Positions 37,769 through 48,545 of a stretch of DNA of 64,000 nt are shown here, one piece after another (the first letter of the stretch is position 1; the number at the start of each line of letters is the position of its first letter). The notes beneath the pieces were generated by a model. The model was not told the origin of the DNA. It made no database searches and saw nothing but the letters and a program-made list of their open reading frames with translations. This stretch comes from Candidatus Calescibacterium sp. GTDB lineage: Bacteria > Calescibacteriota > Calescibacteriia > Calescibacteriales > Calescibacteriaceae. The DNA lies in the NCBI GenBank assembly GCA_032249135.1, contig JAVVGL010000002.1:32001-96000 (forward strand), in the 5' to 3' direction. A program made the translations under genes and the position numbers.

Positions 37769-38431
37769 TCATTTTGTGTATATTATTTTCCAACCAAATT
37801 TTTTTGCAAACTTTTTGAGCTTCGGGTCAGGATTAACAGCAACAGGATTCCCAACAGAAAGAAGAGTATCAAAATCATAAAAGCTATCTGTATAAAAGAA
37901 ACTTTCGGTCAAATCTATGTTATTTTCCCTTGCAAATTTTCTCATCCAAAATGTTTTTCCCCTGCCTATGCACATCGGTTCAACAACCTTACCTGTAAAT
38001 TTTCCGTCTTTTACTTCAAGCTCAATAGCGATAACATTTTCTATCCCTAAAAATTTCGCTATTGGTTCTATAAGTATTTTGAAGTTCGCTGAAAGTATAG
38101 CAATTTGATGTCCCGATCTTTTATGCTCTTCTATAAGTTTGACAGCTCCTGGTAGTATGTATTTTAGAGCTCTTTCGTATACTGACTGTGCAAGCTCTCC
38201 AAACTTTTCCAAATCCATTCCCTCCATATCTTCAATATTGTTTCTTAGCACATCTTCTGCTTTAAGAAGGTTGAACCTATATTTTATGAGCCAAAAATAC
38301 CATAAAATAAACCTGAATTTAGATACCATATTTTTTCTTATAAGCTCCTCACCAATTAGTCTATAAAGGTCCTTCCCAACAATAACATAATCTAAATCAA
38401 AGAAAGCTCCGATTTTTTTTGGATTTGACAT
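37769..38431 (-). CDS. HAD-IB family hydrolase (SerB-like)
   Basis: AFFDLD, AILSA, GKFTG, GK, FYTDSFYD, VNPDPKL. The start is reassigned to ATG 38431. Confidence 0.88.
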   Translation of the reverse strand: MSNPKKIGAFFDLDYVIVGKDLYRLIGEELIRKNMVSKFRFILWYFWLIKYRFNLLKAEDVLRNNIEDMEGMDLEKFGELAQSVYERALKYILPGAVKLIEEHKRSGHQIAILSANFKILIEPIAKFLGIENVIAIELEVKDGKFTGKVVEPMCIGRGKTFWMRKFARENNIDLTESFFYTDSFYDFDTLLSVGNPVAVNPDPKLKKFAKKFGWKIIYTK

Positions 38432-38545
38432 CTGCAAAAGAAAAATTTTTGTTTCAAAAAATCTCTTGGATAGAAAAATTAAAAAAAAGAAAAATTTTAA
38501 GGAAAAAGGGAAAAAATTAAAAGAAATCGGCAAAATTTTTAGTAT

Positions 38546-38980
38546 ATGAATGAGCAACCAAAAATCAAAATAGCAGAAGAGTTAAGAAAGAAGGGAATAA
38601 AAGCAACCCCCCAAAGAATTTCAATATACAAAAAAATAACAGAATCTTGCGGTCATGTCACAGCAGAAGAAATTTATGAGAGAATAAAAAACGAAGTTCC
38701 ATCACTTTCTCTTAGCACAGTTTATAGAACACTAAAACAATTTGAGAATAAAGGGATAATATTTTCTCTATCTTCATCGGGAGAATATGGCGTTACAATT
38801 TTTGATACAAATCTAAATCCACACCACCACTTTATATGTAAAATTTGCAATACTATAATAGATATACCAGCAGAATCAATAAAAGTTGAAACCAAAAAAA
38901 ATATTCCCGGAAAAGGAGAAATGGTATCTGTGGTGATAAAAGGAGTATGTGACAACTGCTCAAAGAGAAAGAAAAATTGA
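38546..38980 (+). CDS. Fur/PerR-family transcriptional regulator
   Basis: KATPQR, HVTAEEIY, SLSTVYRTL, HHHFICKIC, GVCDNC. Confidence 0.92.
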   Translation: MNEQPKIKIAEELRKKGIKATPQRISIYKKITESCGHVTAEEIYERIKNEVPSLSLSTVYRTLKQFENKGIIFSLSSSGEYGVTIFDTNLNPHHHFICKICNTIIDIPAESIKVETKKNIPGKGEMVSVVIKGVCDNCSKRKKN

Positions 38981-39040
38981 AAAACAACACAACTAAACAA
39001 AACAAAGAAAATTAAAGGTTAAAAGGGGGTGTAAAGTATT

Positions 39041-39994
39041 ATGGCAAGACTTCTTGAAGGGAAAGTGGCAGTAGTAACGGGAGCAGGAAGAGGGATAGGA
39101 AGAGAAGAGGCTATTATGCTTGCTCAACACGGTGCAAAAGTAGTAGTAAATGACCCAGGAGTTAGCTTTTCAGGAGAAGGAAAAGAAACCCGTGTTGCAG
39201 ATGAAGTCGTTGAAGAAATAAAAAAGCTGGGGGGAGAAGCCGTTGCAAACTATGACTTCGTAGATGACTTTGAAGGAGCTAAAAGAATAATCCAAACAGC
39301 AATAGATACATTCGGGAAAATAGATATACTTGTAAACAACGCAGGAATCCTCAGAGACAAAATGGTTTTTAATATGCAAGAGGAAGATTGGGATAAGGTT
39401 ATAGCAGTTCATCTCAAGGGAACTTTCAACTGCACACATCACGCATGTGTTTGGTGGAGAAATCAAGCAAAAGCAGGAAAACCCGTTTCAGGAAGAATAA
39501 TAAACACAACATCAGATGCGGGACTTTTAGGTAATATCGGACAATCTAACTATGGAGCAGCAAAAGCGGGAATAGCTGCATTTACAATAATCGTCGCAGA
39601 AGAAATGGCAAAATATGGGGTCACAGTAAATGCAATCGCCCCGGTAGCAAGAACAAGATTAACAACAGAAGCGACTCCACAGCTCGCAGCAATATTTGAA
39701 TCAGTTGCTAATGCTCCATTTGATGTTCTCAACCCAAAATCAATCGCTCCCCTTGTTGTATATCTTGCATCAGACAAATCAGCAGGTATAACAGGACAAG
39801 TGTTCAGAATAGTTGGAAACATGATATGGCTTATGGGGGGATGGAGATCTGTCTCAAAACGCAAAAAAGACAAAAAAGAATACTGGACCCCAGAAGAACT
39901 TGATAGTGTAATAAGAGAAATGCTAAAAGAAGCTCCTCCGAAAGAAAGTATGATGGAGATAATGCAAGAGGTCCTAAAAGAAGCACAAGGATAA
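39041..39994 (+). CDS. Short-chain dehydrogenase/reductase (FabG/MFE-2-like)
   Basis: TGAGRGIG, VVVNDPG, NNAGILRD, GQSNYGAAKAG. Confidence 0.92.
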   Translation: MARLLEGKVAVVTGAGRGIGREEAIMLAQHGAKVVVNDPGVSFSGEGKETRVADEVVEEIKKLGGEAVANYDFVDDFEGAKRIIQTAIDTFGKIDILVNNAGILRDKMVFNMQEEDWDKVIAVHLKGTFNCTHHACVWWRNQAKAGKPVSGRIINTTSDAGLLGNIGQSNYGAAKAGIAAFTIIVAEEMAKYGVTVNAIAPVARTRLTTEATPQLAAIFESVANAPFDVLNPKSIAPLVVYLASDKSAGITGQVFRIVGNMIWLMGGWRSVSKRKKDKKEYWTPEELDSVIREMLKEAPPKESMMEIMQEVLKEAQG

Positions 39995-40036
39995 AAGAGA
40001 ATAAAAAGAAGGAGGAAAAATAAAAAATAAAAAACC

Positions 40037-40240
40037 ATGCCGAAGTTAAGAACTTCTAAAACAGTAGCAAAAAGAATAAGGATAACGAAAAGCGGTAAAG
40101 TGAAATTCTGGCGTTCAGGTTGGAGCCATTATAAAACAGGGAAATCATCAAAATGGAAAAGACAGATGCGAAAACCTTCAATAGTTGAGAATAAAGCTTT
40201 TGAAAAAATAGTGAAAGAATCGCTGAAAAGATCTCCGTAA
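40037..40240 (+). CDS. rpmI: 50S ribosomal protein L35
   Basis: MPKLRTSKTVAKRIRITKSGK...H...KSSK. Confidence 0.92.
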   Translation: MPKLRTSKTVAKRIRITKSGKVKFWRSGWSHYKTGKSSKWKRQMRKPSIVENKAFEKIVKESLKRSP

Positions 40241-41302
40241 TCAGATAAATCCGCAAGCTGCAAGAAAAGATTTTCGCTCCTCAGGTTTTCCATCACATAC
40301 TTTTCCTCTTTTTAAAGCCTGACATCCTCCCCTGCACTCAGTATATATTGAACACGAGGGACAACCTTTGAGGGGGGTTCTGAAATACTTGAAACGCTGG
40401 TTATTTTTCCATATATCAAAAAATCTTTCTTCAATTATGTTGCCTGCTTTGAAAAAGTTGTAATCTCTCAGGAAACCACAAGGGAAAACATCGCCGTTAA
40501 CTTTCACTGTCGCAAAAGTGGTACCGGCAGGACAGATAGAACACTCAGCAGGCAAATCGCCAAAGAAAGTTTTCAATGAGCAATCAAGTTCAATTTCAAA
40601 ATCTTCATAATTCCCATTTATATTCCTCACATCATTCATAATTTTTATTATCATCTCATTTCTGAGAACAAGATTTGATACATTTTTCCCTCTACCTTCT
40701 GGAATGAAAGCTAAAATAAATAATTTTTTTGCCCCAAGATTCTTTGAGAGCTCTGCCATATCTTGAATGAATTCGTAGTTTTCATCTGTTGCAACAAAAG
40801 AAACTATTACATGAAACCCAAAAGAAGAGAGCATACGAATGGCGTCGCATGTTCTCTCAAATGTATTTGGTCCTCTTATTTTTTCGTGTAATTCTTTGGT
40901 TGGACCATCCAAACTCACAAAAATATATTTGAGTCCAGTCTCTTTAAGTCTCAAAGCCATCTTTTCGGTTATAAAATAACCTGCTGTACTCAAATATAAA
41001 TTTGGAATTCTTTCCAGAGTGTACTCTATTGCTTCGTAAATATGTGGATAGGCAAGAGGTTCTCCCCCTATTATGTCAATGGCTTCAACACCAATCTTAG
41101 CACAATCATCAACAAGCTCTTTATATTTTTCTATTGGTAAATCTACTTTCCCCTCTCCACCTCCCACACTACAATGAATGCATCTTAGAGGACACCTTAA
41201 AGTTATTTCAACTTCAAGAAGCCGCAGAGGATATATTTTATTACAGTGTACGGAACTGTTATAGTATATAGTACCGGCATATCCTAATTTCACTCCCTCC
41301 AT
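40241..41302 (-). CDS. Radical SAM protein with SPASM domain
   Basis: CPLRCIHC, GGEP, VSLDG; SPASM CPAG...VFPC...CPSC...CRGGC...C; AGGAGGT RBS. Confidence 0.92.
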   Translation of the reverse strand: MEGVKLGYAGTIYYNSSVHCNKIYPLRLLEVEITLRCPLRCIHCSVGGGEGKVDLPIEKYKELVDDCAKIGVEAIDIIGGEPLAYPHIYEAIEYTLERIPNLYLSTAGYFITEKMALRLKETGLKYIFVSLDGPTKELHEKIRGPNTFERTCDAIRMLSSFGFHVIVSFVATDENYEFIQDMAELSKNLGAKKLFILAFIPEGRGKNVSNLVLRNEMIIKIMNDVRNINGNYEDFEIELDCSLKTFFGDLPAECSICPAGTTFATVKVNGDVFPCGFLRDYNFFKAGNIIEERFFDIWKNNQRFKYFRTPLKGCPSCSIYTECRGGCQALKRGKVCDGKPEERKSFLAACGFI

Positions 41303-41441
41303 TTTTGCTTACCTCCTTTTTATCTTGTAATCAAAAAGTGATCTGTTGAGAACTTTATAATGAAAAATTTTTTGAAGAGCTTGAATGGTTTTACTATTAG
41401 CTTAGAAAGCTGCTGGTATAAACCATTAGAAATTGTATTTA

Positions 41442-41479
41442 TGTCAGAAATTATACTTGTGTCAGAAATTATACTTGTG
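41442..41479. repeat. Perfect 18-bp tandem duplication spanning the DUF1015 gene stop
   Basis: tgtcagaaattatacttg x2 followed by tg, with a degenerate copy to the left. Confidence 0.92.
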
Positions 41480-42662
41480 CGAATGATGTTCTGTTCAAGA
41501 CAAGCCCCGATGGTATCTTTGGCCAAAAATAAGTTGATTTCGGAGGGAGAACTTTTCCTCTCTTTACAACCTCCCAAATTTCTCCCATAGATAACGGTTT
41601 TGGAATAATGGAGCATCCTATTTCACCCCTTAAAACCTTACTTATAGATTTTAACATATTGTGTTCAAAATCAACTGTAATATCTTTTAAAATATATTCA
41701 TGCAAAACTTCAATGTGAATTTTTTCAGGAATTTTTTTTATTTTGATCTCCAAAGATGAATTATCTCCAAAAAAGAACAAAAAATCACTGCTTTGGAAAG
41801 AAAGAAAAGATAGAGGATTTTCAAACTTTCTATTTTCTCGCAGGTGATTTTTTGAGATCACTATATCTTCTGATAAATTAATTTTTTTCTCCTCACCCTT
41901 TTTGATTTCTCTCAAAATAGGTAGAATAAGGAAGCCTGAACTTTCATCAGCCAAAAAAGCCATAAAGAATTTCTCATTTTTCTTCTTTTCATATACATAC
42001 TTTATCGCATTGAACCTGTGATGCCCATCAGCTATTATGAAATCTTTGTCTTGGAGATCAGAAATTAGTTCAAAATCATCTGTCTCAAAAAACTTACAAT
42101 CAATATCTAAACCATATTCTGATGAGTTATATTTGAAACTAAAAAGCAAGTTAAGCTTTCTTTGGTTTATAGCTTTTTCGTACCAAGTTCTTATGTTATT
42201 CCCCTGCGTGACTAAGAATATCGGACAAGTATTACATCCCGTTTTTTCCAGCAACTCTATTCTATCCTCTATTACACGGGGCTTTGTACTTTCATGCTGA
42301 AAAATTTTTGCTTCATAAGATACTAATGCAATTATTCCAACGAACTCCCGAAAATTTTTACCATCAAAAAAACTTTGGGTCAAAACATATAACTTTTCTT
42401 TTTCACTCTGAACCAATATATTTTTTCTTATAAAATCTTCAAGGGTTTTTTTAGCGTGGTCATGTCCAAAAGGAGAAAGAACAACCCTGACATAATTGAA
42501 TTCACTCCTTTTTAAAAGTTCTTCTTGCATCTTCTCATCTATAACATCGTATGGGGGACAGATTATATCGCTCATCTTTTCACTAAAATGTGGAGAATAT
42601 GTTATTCCTCTAAAAGGTTTTATCACTTCAAAAGATTTCATTGCTTTTTCATTCTCAATCAT
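41469..42662 (-). CDS. DUF1015-family protein
   Basis: IKPFRG, PPYDVI, HEST, IADGHHR, LPPKSTYFWPK..SGL. Confidence 0.9.
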   Translation of the reverse strand: MIENEKAMKSFEVIKPFRGITYSPHFSEKMSDIICPPYDVIDEKMQEELLKRSEFNYVRVVLSPFGHDHAKKTLEDFIRKNILVQSEKEKLYVLTQSFFDGKNFREFVGIIALVSYEAKIFQHESTKPRVIEDRIELLEKTGCNTCPIFLVTQGNNIRTWYEKAINQRKLNLLFSFKYNSSEYGLDIDCKFFETDDFELISDLQDKDFIIADGHHRFNAIKYVYEKKKNEKFFMAFLADESSGFLILPILREIKKGEEKKINLSEDIVISKNHLRENRKFENPLSFLSFQSSDFLFFFGDNSSLEIKIKKIPEKIHIEVLHEYILKDITVDFEHNMLKSISKVLRGEIGCSIIPKPLSMGEIWEVVKRGKVLPPKSTYFWPKIPSGLVLNRTSFAQV

Positions 42663-44398
42663 CTATCAAGCTCCCCAGCGACTATATTTATACTTCCCAA
42701 AACAGCAACAAAATCTGCAAGTTTATGTCCCAAAACCATATGTCTGAAAGCTTGATATATAGCAAAACAAGGAGGTCTTGTTCTTATTCTCCAAGGGGTT
42801 CTTTTTCCAACAGAAATAGCAAAAAATCCGAGCTCACCATTTGCCGCTTCTCCACCAAAATAATACCAGCCATAAGGAGGAACAACTCCCTCTACAATAC
42901 CTTTGAAGTGATGAATGAGAGCTTCTATTTGAGTATAAACATATTTTTTATCTGGTAAGGTTGGCAAATTAGCGAGCTTATCTGATTTTATTCTTATTCC
43001 ATCATCTGGTAGATTATCAAGAGCTTGTCTTATTATTTTAGCACTTTGAACCATCTCCTCCATTCTCACAAGATACCTTGAATAAACATCTCCTTCGGTT
43101 GCTATTGGGATTTCAAAATCAAACTCATCATACAAACCATAAGGCTGGACTTTTCTTATATCCCATGCTACACCAGAGCCACGCAAAGAAGGACCGGTAA
43201 ATCCCCATTCAATAGCCTCCTCAGCAGAAATGACTCCAATTTTGCGAGTTCTATCTATGAAAATTCTGTTTTTAGTAAGAAGGTTATCAACATCTTTTAG
43301 AGCTCTTGGTAAAAGTTCATCTATAATATATCTTATTTTCTGGATTGTTTTTTCATCTAAATCTCTTCTTACTCCTCCGAAAGATGTTCCCGATGTTGTA
43401 AGACGAGCCCCGACAGCCCACTCAAAAACCGAATATATCTCCTCTCTTACCTTGAAAAAGTACCAGAAAGGAGTGAGAGCTCCGAGATCAACAGCCATAG
43501 TGCCAATTGATACAAGATGATCTGCAATACGAGAAAGTTCTCCTAAAATCACCCTTATATATTTTGCCCTGCGCGGGACATCATCCCATATACCAAGCCA
43601 CCTTTCAATCATTTCGGTGTAAATCATGTTGTTAAGGTAAGCAGAAAGATAGTTTAATCTATCTGTCATAGGAATGAAGTCTTCCCATCTCATATTTTCA
43701 CCATTTTTTTCAACTCCTCGGTGCAAGTATCCTATTTCAAGGTCTACTCCTATTATGTCTTCTCCTTCAAGCTCAAATATCATTCTGAATGTTCCGTGAG
43801 TTGCAGGATGGGTTGGACCAACATTAATTATCATCCTTGAACCTTCCTCAAAAACATCCTCTGGTTTTTCCTTTCCAGGAAGTCTTACAAACCTTGGGGT
43901 ATATTTTGTTCCTATGTATTCCTTGACACCTTTTGTTGGGAAATCTTTTCTAAGTGGATGTCCCTCAAAATCCTCAGGGAGCATTATTCTTCTGAGATCC
44001 GGGTGTCCTTCAAACTTTATGCCCAAAAGATCATAAACTTCTCTTTCAAACCAATCTGCACCGCGGAAAAGTTTTGTAGATGATGGTACAGGAGTTGAAT
44101 CATCAGCTGGAACAATTACTCTTACTCTCTCATTTTGCGGTATTTTCAAAAAATGATATATTACGGCAAATCTTGTTTTTACACCTGCATACTCTTTGAG
44201 CCTTTCGTTATCGTAAAAATCTACTCCGAAAAGGTCTAAGATCATATTGAATCCATCCTCTTTGAGTTTTTGTTCAAACATAATAAGGTTTTGAGGTTTC
44301 ACAACAAATTCAGGCATATCTCTTAAAGTGGAACGCTCGTATAGACCCTCTGTCAAGATTCTTACTTTCTCATAAATTTCCTGTTTCGTTTTTCCCAT
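42659..44398 (-). CDS. nuoCD: Fused NADH-quinone oxidoreductase subunit C/D
   Basis: NuoC part: WFEREVYDL.G, GHPDLRRI, GHPLRKDFP. NuoD part: GPTHPATHG, GYLHRGVEK, GELDR end. The start is reassigned to ATG 44398. Confidence 0.95.
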   Translation of the reverse strand: MGKTKQEIYEKVRILTEGLYERSTLRDMPEFVVKPQNLIMFEQKLKEDGFNMILDLFGVDFYDNERLKEYAGVKTRFAVIYHFLKIPQNERVRVIVPADDSTPVPSSTKLFRGADWFEREVYDLLGIKFEGHPDLRRIMLPEDFEGHPLRKDFPTKGVKEYIGTKYTPRFVRLPGKEKPEDVFEEGSRMIINVGPTHPATHGTFRMIFELEGEDIIGVDLEIGYLHRGVEKNGENMRWEDFIPMTDRLNYLSAYLNNMIYTEMIERWLGIWDDVPRRAKYIRVILGELSRIADHLVSIGTMAVDLGALTPFWYFFKVREEIYSVFEWAVGARLTTSGTSFGGVRRDLDEKTIQKIRYIIDELLPRALKDVDNLLTKNRIFIDRTRKIGVISAEEAIEWGFTGPSLRGSGVAWDIRKVQPYGLYDEFDFEIPIATEGDVYSRYLVRMEEMVQSAKIIRQALDNLPDDGIRIKSDKLANLPTLPDKKYVYTQIEALIHHFKGIVEGVVPPYGWYYFGGEAANGELGFFAISVGKRTPWRIRTRPPCFAIYQAFRHMVLGHKLADFVAVLGSINIVAGELDR

Positions 44399-44591
44399 AA
44401 TTTTAGATTTTTCTTGAAATCTTAAAATTTGATTTTTGCTGTTTTTTTGTTCATTTTTACCCCGTAATAAAAAAATAAAATCGTCTTTACGATTTGAAAA
44501 CAAAAAGGAAAAAATAAAAATAAAGAGAATTTAAAAAAATCATTCAAAATGACAAATGATATATTTGGACTTAAAGTTCTTATTGAAATAG

Positions 44592-45356
44592 ATGAAGGTC
44601 ATTTCAATATTTTCTGAAAAAGGAGGAGTAGGAAAGACAACAATTGCAACAAATCTTGCAGTAAGTTTCGCAAGGAAAGACTATAAAACTTTGATAATAG
44701 ATATGGACCCCCAGGGTCATGTTGCGAAACTTTTTGGAGTTGAGCCAGCAAAAAGAAGAATTCTTGAACTGCTCTTGAAAGGAAACATACAGAATATACA
44801 GAATGAAGTAATAAAGGGAACAAGAATTCAGAAACTTTTTGTCCTGCCATCTGATTGGTCGCTCGCGGACTTTACAGTAAATGTAGCACGAGATCCAACA
44901 AGACATCTGAAATTGAAGATTTTAATAAACAACATCAAAGATATGTTTGATGTAATACTTATAGATTCCCCACCCTCTTTGGAACTGATAACTTTAAATA
45001 TTTTGCTTGCATCAGAGGGTTTAATAATTCCTGTTGCTCTCACATATCTTGGACTTGTAGGTACGGCTTCAACAATAAAAATAATAAGCCAAACAAAAAA
45101 AGCTTTTAACTACTCCCCAGGAATTATAGCTTTTGTCCCAAATTTTTATGATGATTCACCCTTTACAAAAGAGCTACTTTCAAGGCTCAGGGAAAAACTT
45201 GGTAAATTAGTCTCAAAAACAATAATTCACAAAGACTACGAGATAGACAAATCTCAAAGCTATTCCGCTACGGTTGTTGAAGTATCACCGGAGTCAGTAG
45301 CAGCAAAAGATTTTGAGAACTTAGCAGACGAAATAATACTCAAAATAGGAATTTAA
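44592..45356 (+). CDS. ParA/Soj-family ATPase
   Basis: EKGGVGKTT, IDMDPQG, IDSPPSL. Confidence 0.9.
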   Translation: MKVISIFSEKGGVGKTTIATNLAVSFARKDYKTLIIDMDPQGHVAKLFGVEPAKRRILELLLKGNIQNIQNEVIKGTRIQKLFVLPSDWSLADFTVNVARDPTRHLKLKILINNIKDMFDVILIDSPPSLELITLNILLASEGLIIPVALTYLGLVGTASTIKIISQTKKAFNYSPGIIAFVPNFYDDSPFTKELLSRLREKLGKLVSKTIIHKDYEIDKSQSYSATVVEVSPESVAAKDFENLADEIILKIGI

Positions 45357-45364
45357 TAAATGAA

Positions 45365-45400
45365 TAACATCTCCCGAATAAGGGCTAACATCTTCCGAAT
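45365..45400. repeat. 15-bp near-repeat at 21-bp spacing echoing the mutL 3' end
   Basis: taacatctcccgaat (45365-45379) and taacatcttccgaat (45386-45400). Confidence 0.75.
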
Positions 45401-47103
45401 CTTCTCTCGAGTTCATCTATTGAGATTTTTATAACGGCAGGTCTTCCGTGTGGACATCTTTGATTTGGGTCAAAGTCTTGTAAAATAAAAGCAACATCCC
45501 AAATATTCAGACTATCTCCTTTTCTTATAGCGTTTCTGCAAGAATATGAGGCTAAAAATTTATCTCTTGCAGATTCATCAAATCCTTCCTGAAACTCCTG
45601 AAAAAAATCCGCAAGATCAACACCGGAAAGATAAGAAGGTATAGATCTGATAAGAATTTTGTTGCCATCAATATCAAATTCAAGTCCAATTTTCTCAAAA
45701 TCATCTTTATGAGACAAAACACTCTCAACTGATGTCTTCGGTAATTCTATCTCAAAAGGTATAACAAACCTCAATTTTTCAAATTTATCTGTGCTGAGTT
45801 TACTTCTCATTTCAGCGTAAAGTTTTCCTTCGTGATATGCGTGAATATCTACTATATAAACTTCGCCCTCCCACTCAACAAAAGCAAAAATATCACCTAA
45901 AATTGTAAGAATTTTTGGAGATACCCTAACAATCTTTTCCTGATATACTTGATATTCTCCCTCCTCTTTTCCTTTTTTCTTCTCTTTCTCCTTTCCTTCT
46001 TCCTTTTCCAGTTCCCATTTTTTCTCAACACTTACGGTTCTTACATCATATTGTTGTTGTTCCCGTTGAAAGTTAGAGGGAAGGATGGATTTAACTTTGT
46101 GTCTTATTGCTTCTTCAATGGCAGTTATGACGACCTCTTTTATTTTCAGTGGAGAACGCCATCTTATTTCGGTTTTTGTAGGATTTACATTCACATCATA
46201 AAACTCGGGGGGACAATTCATAAATAGTATGAAATCCGAATTTTTAAGAAATGAAAATTTAGAAATAGCAGAAAAAATAGTTTTGTCTTTGACATATCTT
46301 TTGTTCACAAAAAACCACCTTCCTACCCCAACCTTATCTTTATAGATTATTCCCTCAACACTTATATCTCCAACCGATAGGAAAACCTCAAAACTATCTT
46401 TTTTTGTTTTGTCTTCACCAAAAATTGCGGATATTGTATCTTTTATGGTTCTTCCGGGTTTCAAGTTAAGATAAACTTCACCTGATCTTATGAGCTTGAA
46501 GTGGACTTTCGGAAAAGTCAAAGCAAACCTTGTAAAAACATCTAATATATATGAAAACTCAATTCTTTCTCCTGCCAGAAATTTTTTTCTTGCAGGAACA
46601 TTAAAAAATAGGTCTTTGACAATAACATGAGTTCCTCCATCTAAATAAACTTTCTTTACTCCCTTGAATTTTCCTCCCTCTATATAAACTTCTGTTCCTA
46701 AATCTTCTGATATGTGCTTTGATCTTATGGTAGTTTTTGACACAAGTGAGATAGCGTGAAGAGCTTCTCCTCTGAAACCGAAGGTTCTAATTGAAAAGAG
46801 GTCGTTTTCATCTTTTATTTTGCTTGTGGCGTGCTTCCTGAAGCACAATAGAACATCTTTTTCTGTCATTCCCTCACCATCATCAAAAACGGAAATTTCA
46901 TCTTTGGTGTCGATATTAACTTCTATGTAGTTTGCTCCTGCATCCAAAGAATTTTCCACAAGTTCTTTGACTACGGATGCTGGTCTTTCCACAACTTCAC
47001 CGGCAGCGATAAGTTGAGCAACTTTTTCAGGTAAAACAAATATTTTTCCGGGTACTTTACCTTGATTCAAATTTACTGAATCGTTTTCCATATCATCCCT
47101 CAT
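45385..47103 (-). CDS. mutL: DNA mismatch repair endonuclease MutL
   Basis: IAAGEVVERPASVVKELVENSLDAGA, HATSK, GFRGEAL; C-terminal DIHAYHE, SCR.AI, CPHGRP. Confidence 0.96.
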   Translation of the reverse strand: MRDDMENDSVNLNQGKVPGKIFVLPEKVAQLIAAGEVVERPASVVKELVENSLDAGANYIEVNIDTKDEISVFDDGEGMTEKDVLLCFRKHATSKIKDENDLFSIRTFGFRGEALHAISLVSKTTIRSKHISEDLGTEVYIEGGKFKGVKKVYLDGGTHVIVKDLFFNVPARKKFLAGERIEFSYILDVFTRFALTFPKVHFKLIRSGEVYLNLKPGRTIKDTISAIFGEDKTKKDSFEVFLSVGDISVEGIIYKDKVGVGRWFFVNKRYVKDKTIFSAISKFSFLKNSDFILFMNCPPEFYDVNVNPTKTEIRWRSPLKIKEVVITAIEEAIRHKVKSILPSNFQREQQQYDVRTVSVEKKWELEKEEGKEKEKKKGKEEGEYQVYQEKIVRVSPKILTILGDIFAFVEWEGEVYIVDIHAYHEGKLYAEMRSKLSTDKFEKLRFVIPFEIELPKTSVESVLSHKDDFEKIGLEFDIDGNKILIRSIPSYLSGVDLADFFQEFQEGFDESARDKFLASYSCRNAIRKGDSLNIWDVAFILQDFDPNQRCPHGRPAVIKISIDELERRFGRC

Positions 47104-47131
47104 AATAACATCTTCTTATACATAATCAAAT

Positions 47132-48364
47132 TTAAGTTCCTTCTTCCCAGGATTGCAAATATTTTATTTGTTCCTCTGTGAGCTTTTCCAACTTTACTCC
47201 CATAGATTTAAGTTTGAGCTCAGCAACAAGATTATCTATTTCGTCTGGAACTTTATAAACTTTTTTTTCAAGTTTGTTGTGGTTTTCAAAGATGTATTTT
47301 ACTGAAAGGGCTTGATTTGCAAAAGACATATCCATAACATGAGGTGGATGTCCTTCCGCAGCTGCGAGATTCACAAGTCTTCCCTCTGCAAGGACAAAAA
47401 TTCTTTTTCCATCAATAATATATTCTTCAACGTATGGTCTCACCTGCCTTGGTTTTGAGATTTGTTTGAGTTTTGATATTTCAATTTCAACATCAAAGTG
47501 TCCAGAGTTAGCCAAAATCGCTCCATCTTTCATCTTTAATATGTGCTCCAATCTTATGACAGATTTGTTTCCTGTAACTGTGACAAAAATATCACCGATC
47601 TTGGCAGCTGAATCCATATCCATAACTTCGTAACCATCAAGTAAGGCTTCAAGTGCTTTTATTGGATCAACCTCAACTACGATAACATGAGCCCCCATGC
47701 CACGAGCTCTCATAGCGACACCCTTTCCGCACATTCCATAACCTGCAACGACAAACTTTTTACCTGCAAGAAGAATGTTTGTTGCTCTCAAAATTCCATC
47801 TATTGTGCTTTGTCCTGTACCGTATCTATTATCAAAAAGATGTTTTGTTTTTGCATCGTTAACAGCAATAACTGGGAACTTCAAAACCCCATCTTTTTCC
47901 ATAGCTTTGAGTCTTATGACTCCCGTTGTGGTTTCCTCTGTTCCCCCCAGTGGTATAACATTTTTTTTGTGAGCGTAAGATGTAAGATCTGCTCCATCAT
48001 CAACGGTGACATCAGGTTTTTTAGATAAAACAGCTTCTATATGCTGGTAGTATACTTCATTTGATTCGCCCTTTATTGCATAGACATCTATTCCTTCTGA
48101 AACAAGATAAGCAGCAACTTCATCCTGCGTTGAAAGTGGATTTGAAGCACATAAATAGACATCAGCTCCACCGGCTTTCAAGGTAAGAACTAAATTTGCA
48201 GTCTCAGAGGTAACATGAAGACAACAACCTACTTTCACTCCTTTTAGAGGTTTAGTTTTCTCAAATTCCTCCCTTATTAGCCTTATCACAGGCATATTAA
48301 AGTATGCCCATTCTACCTTGTTTTTGCCTTGCTCACTCAACTTAGGATCTTTTATATCAGGCAT
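47132..48364 (-). CDS. ahcY: Adenosylhomocysteinase
   Basis: [54 protein letters not shown]. Confidence 0.97.
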   Translation of the reverse strand: MPDIKDPKLSEQGKNKVEWAYFNMPVIRLIREEFEKTKPLKGVKVGCCLHVTSETANLVLTLKAGGADVYLCASNPLSTQDEVAAYLVSEGIDVYAIKGESNEVYYQHIEAVLSKKPDVTVDDGADLTSYAHKKNVIPLGGTEETTTGVIRLKAMEKDGVLKFPVIAVNDAKTKHLFDNRYGTGQSTIDGILRATNILLAGKKFVVAGYGMCGKGVAMRARGMGAHVIVVEVDPIKALEALLDGYEVMDMDSAAKIGDIFVTVTGNKSVIRLEHILKMKDGAILANSGHFDVEIEISKLKQISKPRQVRPYVEEYIIDGKRIFVLAEGRLVNLAAAEGHPPHVMDMSFANQALSVKYIFENHNKLEKKVYKVPDEIDNLVAELKLKSMGVKLEKLTEEQIKYLQSWEEGT

Positions 48365-48545
48365 AGTGATTTTATTTTTAGTGGAAGATCACTGATTTTG
48401 TTTTTTACCCGAACTTTTCCAAAAAGCAATAATTAGCCTATTTTTTAACGATGACTGTAAAAAAGACCGGCAGTTCATTACTAAAAATGAGAAGATTTGA
48501 CTTAAAATGGAGAAATTTTGAGGTCAGATATTTTAAAATTTTTAT

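Noticed and set aside
41303..41616. RiPP precursor for the radical SAM/SPASM enzyme
   Set aside because: The ORFs here overlap the DUF1015 gene or are only 9 codons long, with no RBS or precursor-like composition.
48365..48545. SAH/SAM riboswitch upstream of ahcY
   Set aside because: No recognisable conserved riboswitch core; there is only a weak imperfect inverted repeat, and a -10-like box lies directly before the ATG.
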